Positions 1 to 14,300 of a stretch of 64,000 nucleotides of DNA are shown one piece after another. The position numbers and the translations under genes were made by a program. Below the pieces are notes generated by a model. It saw only the letters and a program-made list of their open reading frames with translations, was not told the DNA's origin and searched no databases. Each line of letters starts with the position of its first letter. The stretch's first letter is position 1. This DNA is from Antedon mediterranea. Lineage: Eukaryota; Animalia; Echinodermata. Where the stretch lies: the NCBI RefSeq assembly GCF_964355755.1, contig NC_092672.1, positions 38,074,437-38,138,436 of the forward strand. Reading direction: 5' to 3'.

Positions 1-3000
1 CCAAGGTATTTGTAAGTACGTATTGGTAAGAGATGGATGCGATTCAACAGCTCCAACCTTTCAAATTGACGTCATTAATTCGGATAAAACTAATGTTACT
101 GGTTCATATACCGAGGAAGTTATCTTGACATTGTATCTATCAGTAAGTACCTTTCGAACCTTATTTTGAATATGAATTTTCTTTTTTTCTTTTAAAAGAA
201 GAACAAAGAAAATAAAATATACATTAATAATATTGATTCAATCCCATTATAAGAAAATCTTGTGTCGGACAAGCCTGAACCCCCCCCCCCCCCGCACACA
301 AAAATCAAATCAGTCATCAGAAAAAAAACGACATAGGGTTGCCTACTTTCATTTTAATAATCAAACATTGAACGAATAAAATAGGAGGTGAAGTAAGAAA
401 ACAAAATAGAAGAAGGAACGAATCAAAGATGAAGGAAAAGACAAAAGAAGGCAGAGTCACTAACAAAACTTAAATGAACATTTAGATCATTGATTCTCAT
501 AAATCTATATAATTAGTTATTATTATAAATATTCAACACACGTTGTTTTTACACAGACACTGGAACTAATGGTATCATTGAAAGCTGACCGAGTTGTATT
601 CGTCGAGGGTCGAAGGGTCACTTTACCTGCCGAACCCATTGATGGTCTCAAGATAGAAGCAGTTGGCTTTTTTGTGGTGCGTATATAAACCCAGTTTAAC
701 ATATAATAGGCCTATTATCATTAGTAGTATTTGTTTACGGTAAATGGTATATTTATGAAAACTAGTTCATTCATGGTATGTTTACGGGTATTACTGCATT
801 GAACAATCTTCTTTTAGTAAGCAACAGAGCATCCTCGTTATTAAATCAAGGCAATCTAAAAACAGGATGCTTAGCTCAAAGGGTTTATATGTGGCTAGCT
901 GCTACAGATGAAAGGTTTCACACGCCGCCGCGAAGAATATGTACAAAGTACAGTACTGTTGATATTTGTCACAGCCAGACATAAGATCAAAACATTGTTC
1001 CTATCTTTGCAAGGCGAGCCCAGTATCTTGTTGTTAGATTCCCTTAGTTCAATCACTATAGAATTAAATATCTGCAGACATAACCCTATTTAAAAATAAA
1101 ATGTATTTATCCAATGATTGATAATTCGTTTTCCAGCAAGTTACAGCCGATATATTGGATCAAGGCGTTACTACTCACTTTCACATAGAATGGGATGGTA
1201 TGCGTACGGTAGAAGTTCGTCTTCCGTATGACATATACAGCAATTCTACGTGTGGTCTTTGTGGAAACTTTGATGATATACCAGAAAACGATCTGCGATT
1301 ACAAAATGGCACCGTGGTAAGTTTAATGATTTTTTAGTCATTATTTTAACCTAAAGCTCTGTCTACATTATCAAACTTTATGTGACAAAAGATGTGATGT
1401 GCCCAATATGGACATGATGATGTCATATCACTACCATATTTGGGCACGTCACACTTTTTTGTCAAACTAGTTTGATAGTGCAGACAGAGCTTTAGTCTGA
1501 CGAAATCCAACAAAATTGGGGATGCGCCGACTTGTACTATTAATCGACATACTAGGGCTTCTTTCGTCGCAGTGAACCGACATTGGCTGACTATGCTGGT
1601 GATTCTCAATGATCCCTCAGTTTCTCCTTGAAATGTTTTGATAAACGTGAATAGTAAGCTTGAGTGCAATGATATTCACCATACACGTACAATTACTGGT
1701 ACATGGAACGTATGCGTGGGTATGTCACATCAGTAGTGTCAGGAGCAAGTTGGCAACAGAGTAAAAACACGTTTCACAGACAATAGCTTGCGTTTACTGG
1801 TGCCATCGCAACTACGTGATCTTAGTTAAAAGCATCTTCTGAGCACACATAGTAGCGGTGTCATCAGAAACGTATTTCAATCACAGATGATGGGCCGAAG
1901 ACGAGAGCTAGTTCATCACAGATGATGGGCCGAAGACGAGAGCTAGTTCATCACCCATTCGAAAATATTCTTCATTATTACAGCTAATGTAATATAATGA
2001 TGTCGAAATTTAGAGTAGAGTAGATTCCAATGGATTTGGACTTTACTACTTTAGGCATTTCTATTGACATTGGTGAATGGTTTGAATTTCACTTTCTAAC
2101 ATAAGTATACGGATATATTGGGGTGGTTTCTGTTTTTATATTACTGTATAGTTTTGTTGTCATTATTGTTAGGGAATAAATCGAAGGTGTTGTACAAACT
2201 TTCTTTTAATTTTTACGAAGACGAATCAAGTTTATTGCATTGTGTTGTATTCAGAATAGCCTGTATAGAACTAATTTATTTTTCCTCAGGTGGGTAGCGA
2301 GAACGCTAATCTGTTTGGTGACATGTGGGCCACGGATGGCAATTGCCCACCGGCACAACCAGTACTTAACACGTGTGATGAAAGCTCAGACAACTTTCAG
2401 AGTGCCAACTCATCGTGTTTTATAATCATTGATCCAAATGGTAAGTGTAGTAAACGTATAGAATAAGAAGCACTGTTGCAACCGATTCTGTATTTGTCAT
2501 GTCACTAGATACATGCTAACTGATTAGCGCAAGTCATTGGGATCCATTTTTGATAGGTGTTGTCGATAGATTCGTTTGTGTACAATTTAAGTAACGCATA
2601 TTTACTTTTACTGACAGTTTGTATCTTCCAGTAAACTTTATATATATGTCAATTAATTATCTATATTATTACGTTTTTTTACAATTATTATATAATTATA
2701 ACGTACTTACGAAAGTAGAAGCAACTTGGAAAGTAACTTTCACGGAAAGTCAAAGCAATTATATATATATTGTATTTTGTTATTTTAGGACCGTTTCAAC
2801 GATGCCACGATACTCTGATGCCAGATAGCTATTATGGAGCATGCGTAGTCGATGCGTGCTCACATAACATGAACCCGAATGAAGCTAGCTGTCACGTGAT
2901 TGAGTTCTACGCACAAGGTTGCTACGATCGTGGCGCGTATTTGGGAAATTGGCGAAACATGTCGTTCTGTGGTAAATTCATATTGTTAAGTGTATGTAAT

Positions 3001-3650
3001 GTACACATCATATCAACACATTATATACTGTTTATTTCACATAATCATTATTTATGTATTCTCAACAATAACATTCATAGATACAAAAAAGACACACTGG
3101 TCTCAATCACGACTTCTCCAGTGAAAGTGAGATTCCTGCTTGACAAGTCCAAGCCATGACAACAATGAGTTAAAACAGATTGCTCTTCCTCTTTTGAAAA
3201 AGATTTATTGATATTATTTTCATTTTATTCAGCTCCTCCTTGCGCCGGTGACACGACATATAACTGGTGCAGCAGTGTTTGTCAACAAACCTGTGTGGAA
3301 GTGTTACGCGGACAGTCTGATATTTGCGATGAATCCTGCTATGAGACATGCGAATGTCCAGATGGTCAAGTTCTCGATGGTCTTCAATGCGTTGACGACA
3401 ACAAATGCGGGTGTTTTGTTGATAATTTTTACTATTCAGTAAGTAGTAATATTTCTGACATATCGTCAGTAGGCTACATCGTTACATTGTACATGCATTT
3501 GAAATATAAAAATACAAATCTCTTTTATCATTATGTATTCAATTCAATTCAACGTAAACATTTATTTTCTTTCTTTCAATCAATAACAATAAAACAAATG
3601 AATAAGGTATTAAAAAAGAAAGTACGAGTTTTAAATAATACATTTCATAA

Positions 3651-3683
<33 letters not shown>

Positions 3684-5315
3684 AATCCAACAGCAAATTA
3701 CTGAAAAATGAAAATGCTGTGGGTATCAGTGGCTGGATTTCAATGGAAATACAAAAAAAAAAGCAAAAAGCTAAATCAAAACGATAAGTAAAACAGCCAG
3801 AAAAGTTAGCAGAGCTTTCGGGCAACACTAGCCCTTCATCAATGCAAGTGAAGGAATTTGGATAACGTCATAGTATAAAGCTGGCAAGTGCTGCCTGGGT
3901 GGACAGGAATAAAAGAAATATAACAAAGGGAGCCAGAGTGGAGTCTGAATAAGAGTGGAAAACAAAGAAGGTAGCTTGGTAGAGATATAAACAATTTTGG
4001 AATGAAACTAAAAAACAGTTTAAATGGTGGTTAATATTGAAACTTAAATTTTGGTAGTCAATGAAATAATTTTACCGATCTGGGAGTATGTTCCTAATGT
4101 TAAGTCCATAAGGTTTTGTGGTTTTAAGTAGTAATTCCCAGTGGTTTTCTTTGTCTTTGCGAGTTCTGTCGCTCCATTTGATATCGTGGTCTATTGCAAT
4201 AACTCTGAAATTTGCAATCGAGTGACCAGCTGAATTAAAATGTTCGGCTACAGGTTGATCAAGCTTTAATGTTTTGATAGCCGATCTATGTTGTGTTATT
4301 CTCATACGGAGAGTGTTTTTTGTTTCCCCGACGTACTGTTTGCCACAAATATTACAGTATATGAGATAAATGACGTTTTTGGTTAGACAATTAATTGATT
4401 GTCTTATCCGAAAAATGCGGCCAGTTTGGTTACTCTTAAATTTTTCAGTAGAATCAACCAATGAACAAGTTTTGCCGCAAAGGTTTTGGAGTTAATTTCA
4501 CTCTTAAATTTGGATCTGACTAATATATCACGAAGGTTGGGAGGTCTACGAAATTCAATAATGGGTGGTTCCGGAAAAACAGTCCTGAGACTGTAGAATG
4601 GGCATATGTTTCTCAATAATAGCCCGTAATGGAGGCAACCTAGGGTGTAGGTTGTGACCAATGGCACTTTGGCCTATATAGACTATTTTCACTTCACTCA
4701 ATCAATAACAATAAAACAGATGAATAAGGTATAACACGTATATCCATGTTAAAGACAAATGTTAAAGGCTTTCGTATTATTGTGAAGAGCACACCGATCT
4801 TTGCAATAACATGTTTATTTGTATTTATTTATTCCTTATTTAACCTTAAACATTTCTTATTTATTGGTATCAAGTGAATCCGTCAAATTGTAATAGTGAT
4901 AACTTTTATTCAGCTGTGAGCGTTCACTATGCTAGTGTCTATGTCCATTTACTACACGCATACGCCAAACTTGTAATATACGTACATTGCCATATTTTTA
5001 AAAGTTAGTGAAAATATTATCTAAATTTGTTATTGTTATTTTCATGCTTGTATCGCCTACTATTTGTGTGCCATGTTGGACACTGTTATCCCCAGTTGTC
5101 AATAAAGAATGATAATAATAATTTTGTTACATTTCAGGTAAACGAAATAATTTACAATCCATCGTGTTTCACAGAAGATGTGTGTCTAGGCAACAACCAG
5201 ATTAGCTCCACGTCTTTAACGTGCGACTCCAACGCTGATTGTGGCGCCAACAGTGATGGCGAGTACGGCTGTCATTGTAGGGCTGGATATAGTGGGGATG
5301 GAGTCACGTGTACAG
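1..5315 (+). CDS. Module 1 (5'-partial VWD, C8, TIL, TILa/EGF), 7 exons
   Basis: Exons <1-142 ([13 protein letters not shown]...), 557-676, 1137-1316 (EWDG...CGLCGNFD), 2290-2440, 2789-2971 (C8), 3233-3438 (TIL), 5138-5315 (TILa/EGF). Splice sites are AG/GT and phases are consistent. Confidence 0.88.
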
Positions 5316-8300
5316 GTAAAAGATTCAAGGAGGAACTTACTAGAATATTCTGAGGCGATTGGTTCTTGCGTTTTCCCACGTACTCTCTGATCTAGCTATA
5401 CTATTCGCCCACCCTTGGTGTACTGTTTGTATTTTACCCATTTTATCATAGTTTAAATGTTTTATATACGTGAAAAACAAGACATTTTCGAGCCAGGGTG
5501 CTTGACGAAATAAAATAATTGAATTGAATATAGACTTATTTCTCGTTTCCATTGTTTGTATTATGTCGGTCAATAAGCTTATGACGACAAAATAACGACA
5601 ATCAGCAAGATTAATTCGTACTCTTGGTACACTAGCATAACGTACACCTGCAATGAAATGAACCCATAGTAGTAGGCTCTACTAACCTTTCTCCGTATTT
5701 ATGTCGTTAAAGCTTGGTTTCCACTAACACGCAACGCAAGGACGTAAGCGCAACGCAACCGAAAAATCAAGTACAAGCGACAGGTTTGGATAATCCATCG
5801 CTTGTGAGTGGTCAAATAACTTACGATGCACTTCCTTCCTTCCATGCATGTCCTTGCGTTGTGTCCTAGTGGTAACCAAGCTTTATGCATTAAGTAATTC
5901 TATTAATATCAATAACGCATAAAGGAGTAACTAGCGCCGTCACATTGAATGTAATTGAAGTTCTTGTCAGTGGATGTGTGTACTTGTTAGTACACTGGGG
6001 TAACCCCCTACTCGTCTTGAAAGATGTACTAGGTTCTTTAAAGTGAGCTAGATGTGTACACTGGACCTACAGTTTATAGTCCTTATAACCGAGAAGACTC
6101 GTTCTAACACCAGAACCATTTATATTATAAAATTTACACCTTTTACAGACATCGATGAGTGTTCCAGTAATCCTTGTATTAATGGAGTCTGTATTAATCT
6201 TAATAATTTCTACACATGTAATTGTGACGTTGGTTGGAGAGACGCGGCATACAACTGTGATGTATACAATGGATGTGTTAGCAATCCATGCCAAAATGGA
6301 GGTACTTGTACCATATTGGACTCTGAATACAACTGCACATGCGCTCTCGGTTATACTGGCACTGAGTGTGGAACAGGTTCGTATGTTATTTATTCTCTCG
6401 GAGTTACGGTACTTCATTGTTTTACCGCTTTTATTCCTTTGACAACCGTAGTAAGCCGATGATAATTTGCATTACTTGTATAATTTCAGAAAACAGGAAG
6501 AAAAATATGCATACACTTTGATTAAAAAGAATTTATTATTCACAGATATTGACGACTGTGCCAACGAGCCTTGTCGGAACGGCGCCACCTGTCTTGATCT
6601 TGTAGGCGATTTCAGTTGCACATGCGTACTAGGAACATCTGGAAAAGCATGTGAAGAAGGTAAAATTGTTTAACTTGTTATCAATTTAAATAACTCTATA
6701 TTGTTCATATTCATTTATTTTCCAGAAAACATAAATAACACATAAAAACCAGCACTGTTAATTTACAAAACAACTTCTATGTGACATATCTGTTTGATTT
6801 GTTTAGTGGATAATGTCTGCTTTAGCAACCCATGTACTAATGATGGTGAATGCCAATCTGGACCAGATGGATTTAACTGCACATGCGCATATGGGTTCAT
6901 GGGCATAACATGTGATGAAGGTAATTAATAAACATTTTGATTGGTTGTCTGTCATAAAACATTATTTAATTGAACAAAATATTAAGCTTTTTGTTCCAAA
7001 GCGTATAATAAATGTATAGGCTTAATACTTTCTCACTTTATGATTATTAACAAAAACAAAAATGTTTTTTCCTTTTTGAAAGATGACAGCAAATAATACA
7101 AAATATAAATTAATATTTATTTTCCTTAGAAATAAATCCTTGTCTGAGTTCACCGTGTCAGAATAATGGAACATGTAACAACAGAATTGAGTATTACGAA
7201 TGTGTGTGTGAACCAGGCTTTATGGGTAGACATTGCCAAACAGGTAAGCATGTCAGAATAAGGGAACGTGTAACAACAGAATTGAGTATTACGAAAATGA
7301 GTGTGAACCAGACTTTATGGGTAGAATGCTAATGATATTAACTAATAATACCTATTTACAAATCTTTTTAAGAATATGGTGTTTGCTTTGCGACCGGTGA
7401 CCCGCATTACAAGACATTTGATGGATATTGGCACGACTTCCAAGGAAGTTGTAAATACATTTTGGCCAAAGACTGTGGCAGCCAGACACCGAAGTTCATC
7501 GTGGAAGCAGAGAATGAGAAGAGACAAGAAAGCGACTCTGTTACTTACATAAAGGAGGTCACGGTCACTATTAATGACACGGTAGGACATTTAGGCAATC
7601 CAATCCAAGATAGGAACTTGTAACATTCCTTTAATCTTTGAGCTGCGACATTACATATGCACAGATATAACCTTCCGGAGCTAAAAATCTTGTTGTTAGA
7701 TTGCCTTGGTGATACTATAAATAACAAACACTACTTTGATAAATATCAAACTCTTATAAAAATGGTACAACTTTTGTACACCTTTTGTACACTTTTTGGA
7801 ACTTTGTGTCGAGGTGGTGTCAATCAAAATTGGTGAATGAACTAACTTGCTTTTACTTTACAATTCAGCGGCCACTTTCAATTTCGAGAATTTGTTCATT
7901 TTTTAATTTTTCATTCATTCATATTTATGGATTTAGGTTGAGATTTCCAATTATACAAAATGATTACTGAATTCTTAACACTTATTAGGATTATCAAGCC
8001 TTTACAATGTTTTCACAATTGTCATTTTTCTCTTTTAGGTAATTGTTCTTGGTAAAGGTAGGACCGTCACCGTCAACAGTGTCTTGATAGTACCCCCAGG
8101 AGAACGAAGAGGAACCAGAGTTTTCTACAGTGGCATATATGTTGTAAGTGTTATAATACTACAGTATGTGGCTATTAGTTACAATTGTAATTCGAGAAAT
8201 ATACGAACATGACGTTTATGGAATATTTTACCAATAGACATAACCACTTCAGAAAACTTTAAAAGGTCATTTCCTGTTTAACTTTGTCGAGCGCTTCTGA

Positions 8301-11300
8301 ACATATACAGCACAGCGCTATATATCTTATTGATTGATTGATGTTTAAAAACGTTTTTTTCGACATCTAGAAAAGCACATCATAAATATTATTGTATATT
8401 AATATTATTATTGTCGATATTTATTAAGAAGTTATATCGATCAAAACTGAATGAACATACTATTTTTCTTCATAGCAAGTGGAATCTGATATCGGGTTAT
8501 ACGTTCGATGGGATGGTATCAGCCGAGCAGATATCCGTGTACAGTCTGTCTTCAAAAATAAAACCTGTGGTCTGTGTGGAAACTACAACGATGATGGAAC
8601 CATAGAAGACGAGTTTCTTACGCCAGATGGAACTTTTGTATGACATAGCCTTTACATATTTTTTCCCCGTATCTTTGTGCTGAGTTCTGGGAGTAACTTT
8701 CCTACAGTTTTGTCCTTTTTTTGGAATGAAATAATAAATAGTTTTATAGAATTTTTAAATAGATTATGATAATCATAAATTATTTCCATAAAAATCCTAG
8801 CTAAATTAATTTCCCTGCATAACAGTGACTTAAATAAGATAGTCTCCGTAAAAAAACCTTCAAAATAGATCGTAGTATAACCCATCTCTTGGTAATTTAA
8901 TAATATAGTCTGTGAGTGATTGGAACATTTTCGTGCGTAAATAGGACTAAGTTACAGAACGTATCATCTTTGTTTTTGTCCTGAAGGTATCAAATGAGGC
9001 TGCGTTTGGAAATACCTGGGTTTCTGATACAAGTGATCCAACATGTCCACCACAAAGTCAAGAGATAGATCCATGTTCAGGTGTTACAAATCTTGAAGTA
9101 CTCAACACTGGAAAAGACGTCTGTGAAATTCTTTCAGATTCCAACGGTAATAGAATACAACAGTTAACTCTTCCAATACTGGACACTTTGGGCTTTACTA
9201 AATATATCTGGTTTCTGGAAAGTCTTGTATTTGAAATGTGTTTCAAATGGTAAAATGAGTTTGGGACCTTTTGGACCTCAAGAAAAGTTTTTGAAAGAGT
9301 TTCCGGTTTTCAGAGAGTCCGGTATTTGGAAAGTCGATTACTTAGTCTGTTGTCACGTTGATTAGGTATATATTACATTATAAGACAACAGAGTTACTCA
9401 CTACAGTAATTCACCAGAAGTTTATAGTAAATAAATTCAGTTATTTCTATCTCCTAAGGTAACCTAGTGTGTTGTTTATGCTGGATAATAATTTGATAAT
9501 CTGTTTGGAAGCTATATTTGTTATACAGTACACGCTTCTTAAAAGATGAGTAATATGAAGCAGGTTAAGGGTACCAAAGTTTAGTTTTATGAATTCCAAA
9601 GTTTACTCAAACAATTTATGGTTTAAGTCATAAAATAATGTCAAACATATTTTATGTTTGACATTGTCACTTTGTTCTCGTATTTCCAGGTCCATTTGCG
9701 GCGTGTCATTCAAAATTAGACCCAGACCCATTCTACCGTGCCTGCGTCTACGATTACTGCGCAGAACCCAGCATTGATCCGACCTTTTGCGATATGGCAG
9801 CAGCCTACACACAAGCATGCAAGAATTATTATGCTGAAGTAGAGCAGTGGAGAAATTCAACATTTTGTCGTAAGTTTTGACATAAGAAAGAAAGACGTAG
9901 CCACCAGTACGGTTGGTAAGGTTTCAACCTGACCACTTTTTCACAGAGGCCTTTGACAACCATGTGCCTCGAAAAGAGATTGTTCCATTTTCTTGCGAAA
10001 ACAACACCACTTCATTTCTTGTGGCTAAATCACTCATATATTACTGTAATAGAAAAGAAATAATGTCATATTTAGATGCTGTCGCACATAGTTGTCTGAA
10101 CATCTTTATAATACTCATAATTTATCAATTGTCTTTTTCAGCGTTGTCATGTCCTAGCAACAGTACTTACTCCCCATGCGCAGACGCATGTCCAGCAACA
10201 TGCGTAGATTACCTCGACGCAAACCGCACCTGTGAGGAGGTTTGTGTCGAAGGATGCGAGTGCGATGACGGATTCGTCTTAGAGGGTAGCATGTGCGTAC
10301 AATCATCAGCGTGTGGATGCCAGATTGGAGGTTTTTATTATGATGTAAGTAGGATTATTGTGGCTGTAGCTTTGTGATTAATGTACTTGTCTAAGCCTTT
10401 CAATCCGAAGGTCCAGGGTTCAATCCCACTTATGACTCTTTCAACTCCACTCCCTTATAAGTACGATATATTACAACTGTAGTTTATCCATCCAGTAATT
10501 GCAGGATTTGTATGAAATAAAAAAGAGGATATGTGCTCTACAATGTTCTGTGACCGTGAAATATCATGTTTCTATATAACTTTAATTTCCCTTACTTAGA
10601 TTGGAAGGTTCGTGTACACTGAGGATTGTACCGAACTCTGTGAATGTATGGAAGGCGGACAATCACGGTGCGATAGTGTTAAGTGCGACCAGAACGCTGT
10701 TTGTGGAGTTCAAAATGACGAGTATGAATGCATATGCAATGCGGGGTATGATGACGTCAATCGAGGAATGAACTGCACAGGTACAGTATATCACAATATA
10801 ATATAGAGCTTGAACGCGCAGCGCAACGGTGTAGGTGCGCAGTGAAAGTGAGTTGGCCAATCACAAGCGATCAGTTTGGACCAATTACGTCATTGGGAAG
10901 CAAGCTTAATGTTGACTGTATTTATACAATAGTCAGTATTGTGAACAATTAAGCAAAATTAAAAAATACAATACAATGTTAATAATGTTTACCCGGGAAG
11001 AAAAATGGATTAATTTTAAGTCAATTTAATGTGGAATGCAAACCATATTAAACTTATTTTACAAGACAGGAAATTGAAACTTTATTATGATTAAACAAAC
11101 AAGACAACTAAGACGATTATTTGCCTCAAATATAAAATGATTATGGTATTTAGACCCAAGGCCTGAGGAAGTGTGCGGTGTAAGTGTCTGTGATGTGATG
11201 TCCTATCTTGTTTATTCTTATATTGTGGAACATGATGGCATTCAAGTAAGTAGGCTGAAATCGTCGTCATGGTGATCATTCTATAATAAGCTACACATAA

Positions 11301-14300
11301 TAACTTAATTTACAGAAATTGATGAATGTCTCAGTAATCCGTGTGTGAACGGTACCTGTGTCAATCGTGTGAACTCGTACACGTGTAACTGTGAAGGTGG
11401 ATGGATTGGTATTAACTGTGAAAACATAGATGAATGCTACAGCAACCCATGTCAGAATGGAGCCGCTTGTACAGATGGAGACGACTTGTTTGTTTGCACC
11501 TGTTTGCCTGGTTACCAGGGAGACCAATGCGAAACTAGTAAGAAACATATTTTGAATTTGACAATTTGGAACTCGATAACTGAACTACCTCTCATCTACC
11601 CTGGAAATGGCATGAACCAACCCTTTCTTTTTTCTTCTGCTCATAACTAACTTTTGTAATAGTTCATCTACTAATACAGTATATAAACAAACTTGAAATA
11701 TTGTGTAAACATTTAAAGAATTACGTGTTTTGTGTAAGGTTAGTAACTTTATATTTTGTTCTTTTAGACATTAACGAGTGTGCGTCCACACCATGCGTTA
11801 AAGGTAACTGTACCGACGGAGTTAACGGTTATGTCTGCTCGTGTGAATACGGCTTTGAAGGAGATAACTGCGAAATAGGTGAGTTTATTATTTTTACTTT
11901 ATTTTTAAACCTGAAAACTCTAGATATGAACTGAACATTTGAATAATAGATAAAATAGAGACATTAAGTTGTTTGTTTTGTTGAAAGGCAACACTTGATG
12001 GTGTAATTCTTCAAATTGAAATACTAACACGCAAGTACCTGTACAGTACAATGTTGTCATATGCTACTGTCAAGACATAAAACATTAATTTAAGAAAGTG
12101 AAAATGTAAATCTCAAAACATTATGATCGTTACAAATGAGTATAATGTTTGCATATGTTAACATTGTATTTGTTATGTTAGAAAATGTAAATTCTAAAAC
12201 ATTATTATCATCAACAACATTTCTGTTAAAATTGTATTTTTCTGTTGTTAGATATTGATTTTTGTTCGTCAAATCCGTGTTTGAATAGTGGAACGTGCTT
12301 TGACTTCGAGAAGATGTATCTGTGCGAGTGTCTGACAGGTTTTGTAGGAAATAATTGTGAAAACGGTTTGTATTTTTAAAATTTATTTTTCATATAGCGC
12401 CATTCCAACAGTCATTGCTCAAGGCGCATCCAAAAATATCAGAAAATGTTAGTTTAGAGTAGTGACTTAAAGGTGCTCAATAATGATGTTGTTTAATGTT
12501 TAAAGGTAGGTGGTTCCAAAGCCTAGGTCCAGCAATACTGAAAGCCCAATCTCCCCAACCATGTTTGCTTAATGTATAGTTTTCAACTATATTTTCTAAT
12601 GTATATTTGCAACTAATTGTAAGACATTATATCTTTTAGATACATCACCATGTGCAAGTAATCCGTGTAACAATGGTGGTAATTGTGTCTCTGTTCCACA
12701 GGGTCAGAATTCCATATATTACTGTCAATGCCAAGCAGGCTTCATAGGTGATATGTGCGAAACTGGTAAGTAAAATTGAAATTTCACAGCGGTCACAAAA
12801 TGATGAATATTGAACTGAATTCAAATAGTTCTAGTATATTTTGGATGACTAAATAATCAAGTGAGCCAGACGTGTGCTACTGATGAGGTTTTAACTTGGC
12901 ATAAAGTCTCTATAGTCATTGTCTTTTTCATGTTTTTGTCCGAAACTAGCTCAAGTACACGTATTTCACGCCATGTGTGCCAAAATGTTTATATTTTTGG
13001 CCAGTATTAAGCCGAATCGCTGTTTTAACTGCTGTTGCTTTGCTTATTATTTATTTATTTATATTTATTTATTTATTCAAATTCTTACAAAAATGTATAT
13101 ACAAAGAAAGAAAAAGACATAACATATAAAAAGAACAGAGTACATTCAGTGAAAGATGGGACAATGATTAATGAAAAAGTTTATAACATTATAATAAATA
13201 TTTAAATATAATAGTAATTTATAAATTTGTATAATTTAAGATTAAACTAAGTTGGTCGACATTTACATCGATTAGGAACCTTGGTCGTATTCGCGGTAAT
13301 CTTAACAAGAAAACAGCTGAATTGATTGTACACTCATTTGTCACTTCTAAAATTGACATTGGTAATGCCTTGTTGTTTGGCATACCAAAATCTCAAATAC
13401 AACGTTTGCAGCGCTTGCAAAATATGGCAGCTAGAATTGTAACTTATACAAAATCAAACGCTCACATAACTCCTGTCCTGATGGATTTGCATTGGTTGCC
13501 TGTTCAACAACGTATTAAGTACAAACTTGCGTTGTTTGTATTCAAGATCCTAAATGACAGTGCTCCTGCTTATTTATCTGACCTTGTGGATCGTTACGAA
13601 TCATCCCGCAGAGGCCTACGATCATTGTCACAAAACCTTCTTCAAGAGCGTAGAGCGAAAAATCAGTGGGGTCAGAGATCTTTTTACGTTAACAGTTCAA
13701 CTAGTCTAAACAGTTTCAAGACCAACCTAAAGACGTCGCTATTCGCTGATGTTCTCGCACGTTGTTAATGCACAAAGCGCCATGAGCGCCACATGGGTGG
13801 AGGATACCGGCGCTATATAAGTTTTCATTTATTATTATTATTATTATTTACAGCAGCGACAACAGGACACCCATGTGCACATATTGCCAGTTTCATAAGT
13901 ATTGGTAAATAAGTCGTTAAAATATTTCTTAGCCCCTAGCTTAAACCTGTAAGACATACCGTACAAGGTAAGGTAAGGTAAGGTTTACATTGAAGCTACT
14001 GATACAACTATCTTGATGTTGATGTTGCTCACATTATTACACCTTGTAGGTCAACAGTGATTTTATGTAAACTTTGATTTTGTTCTTTTAAGATATTAAT
14101 GAATGTTTTAGTGATCCTTGTCAAAATGATGGCCTGTGTACTGACGGTGTCAATAGCTACACATGTAGCTGTCAAATAGGGTTTATTGGTTCTTCATGCG
14201 AAAAAAGTAAGTAAATTAATATGGTTTTATTATTATTTCATTAACTGGTTATTTATATGACGAGTTCAATTTAAGATTTGTTAGACAAGTTAATCAAAGC

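Larger units (their letters stand above)
3611..4697 (-). mobile_element. Truncated Penelope-like element (linker + GIY-YIG endonuclease + 3' end)
   Basis: 4072-4461(-) contains [30 protein letters not shown]; 4404-4667(-) contains PLVTTY...[15 protein letters not shown]. Flanked by 35-bp direct repeats at 3576-3610 and 4698-4732 (34/35 identical). Confidence 0.88.

Noticed and set aside
280-293. Poly-C run and adjacent purine-rich tract
   Set aside because: Low-complexity intronic sequence with no further structure.
1881-1954. 35-bp duplication as a hammerhead or CRISPR repeat
   Set aside because: Only two abutting copies with no spacer; AGATGA...GAAG does not fit the hammerhead core and stems.
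10363-10430. Functional tRNA gene
   Set aside because: Only the B-box/T-arm is recognisable, with no acceptor-stem pairing; at most a SINE remnant.
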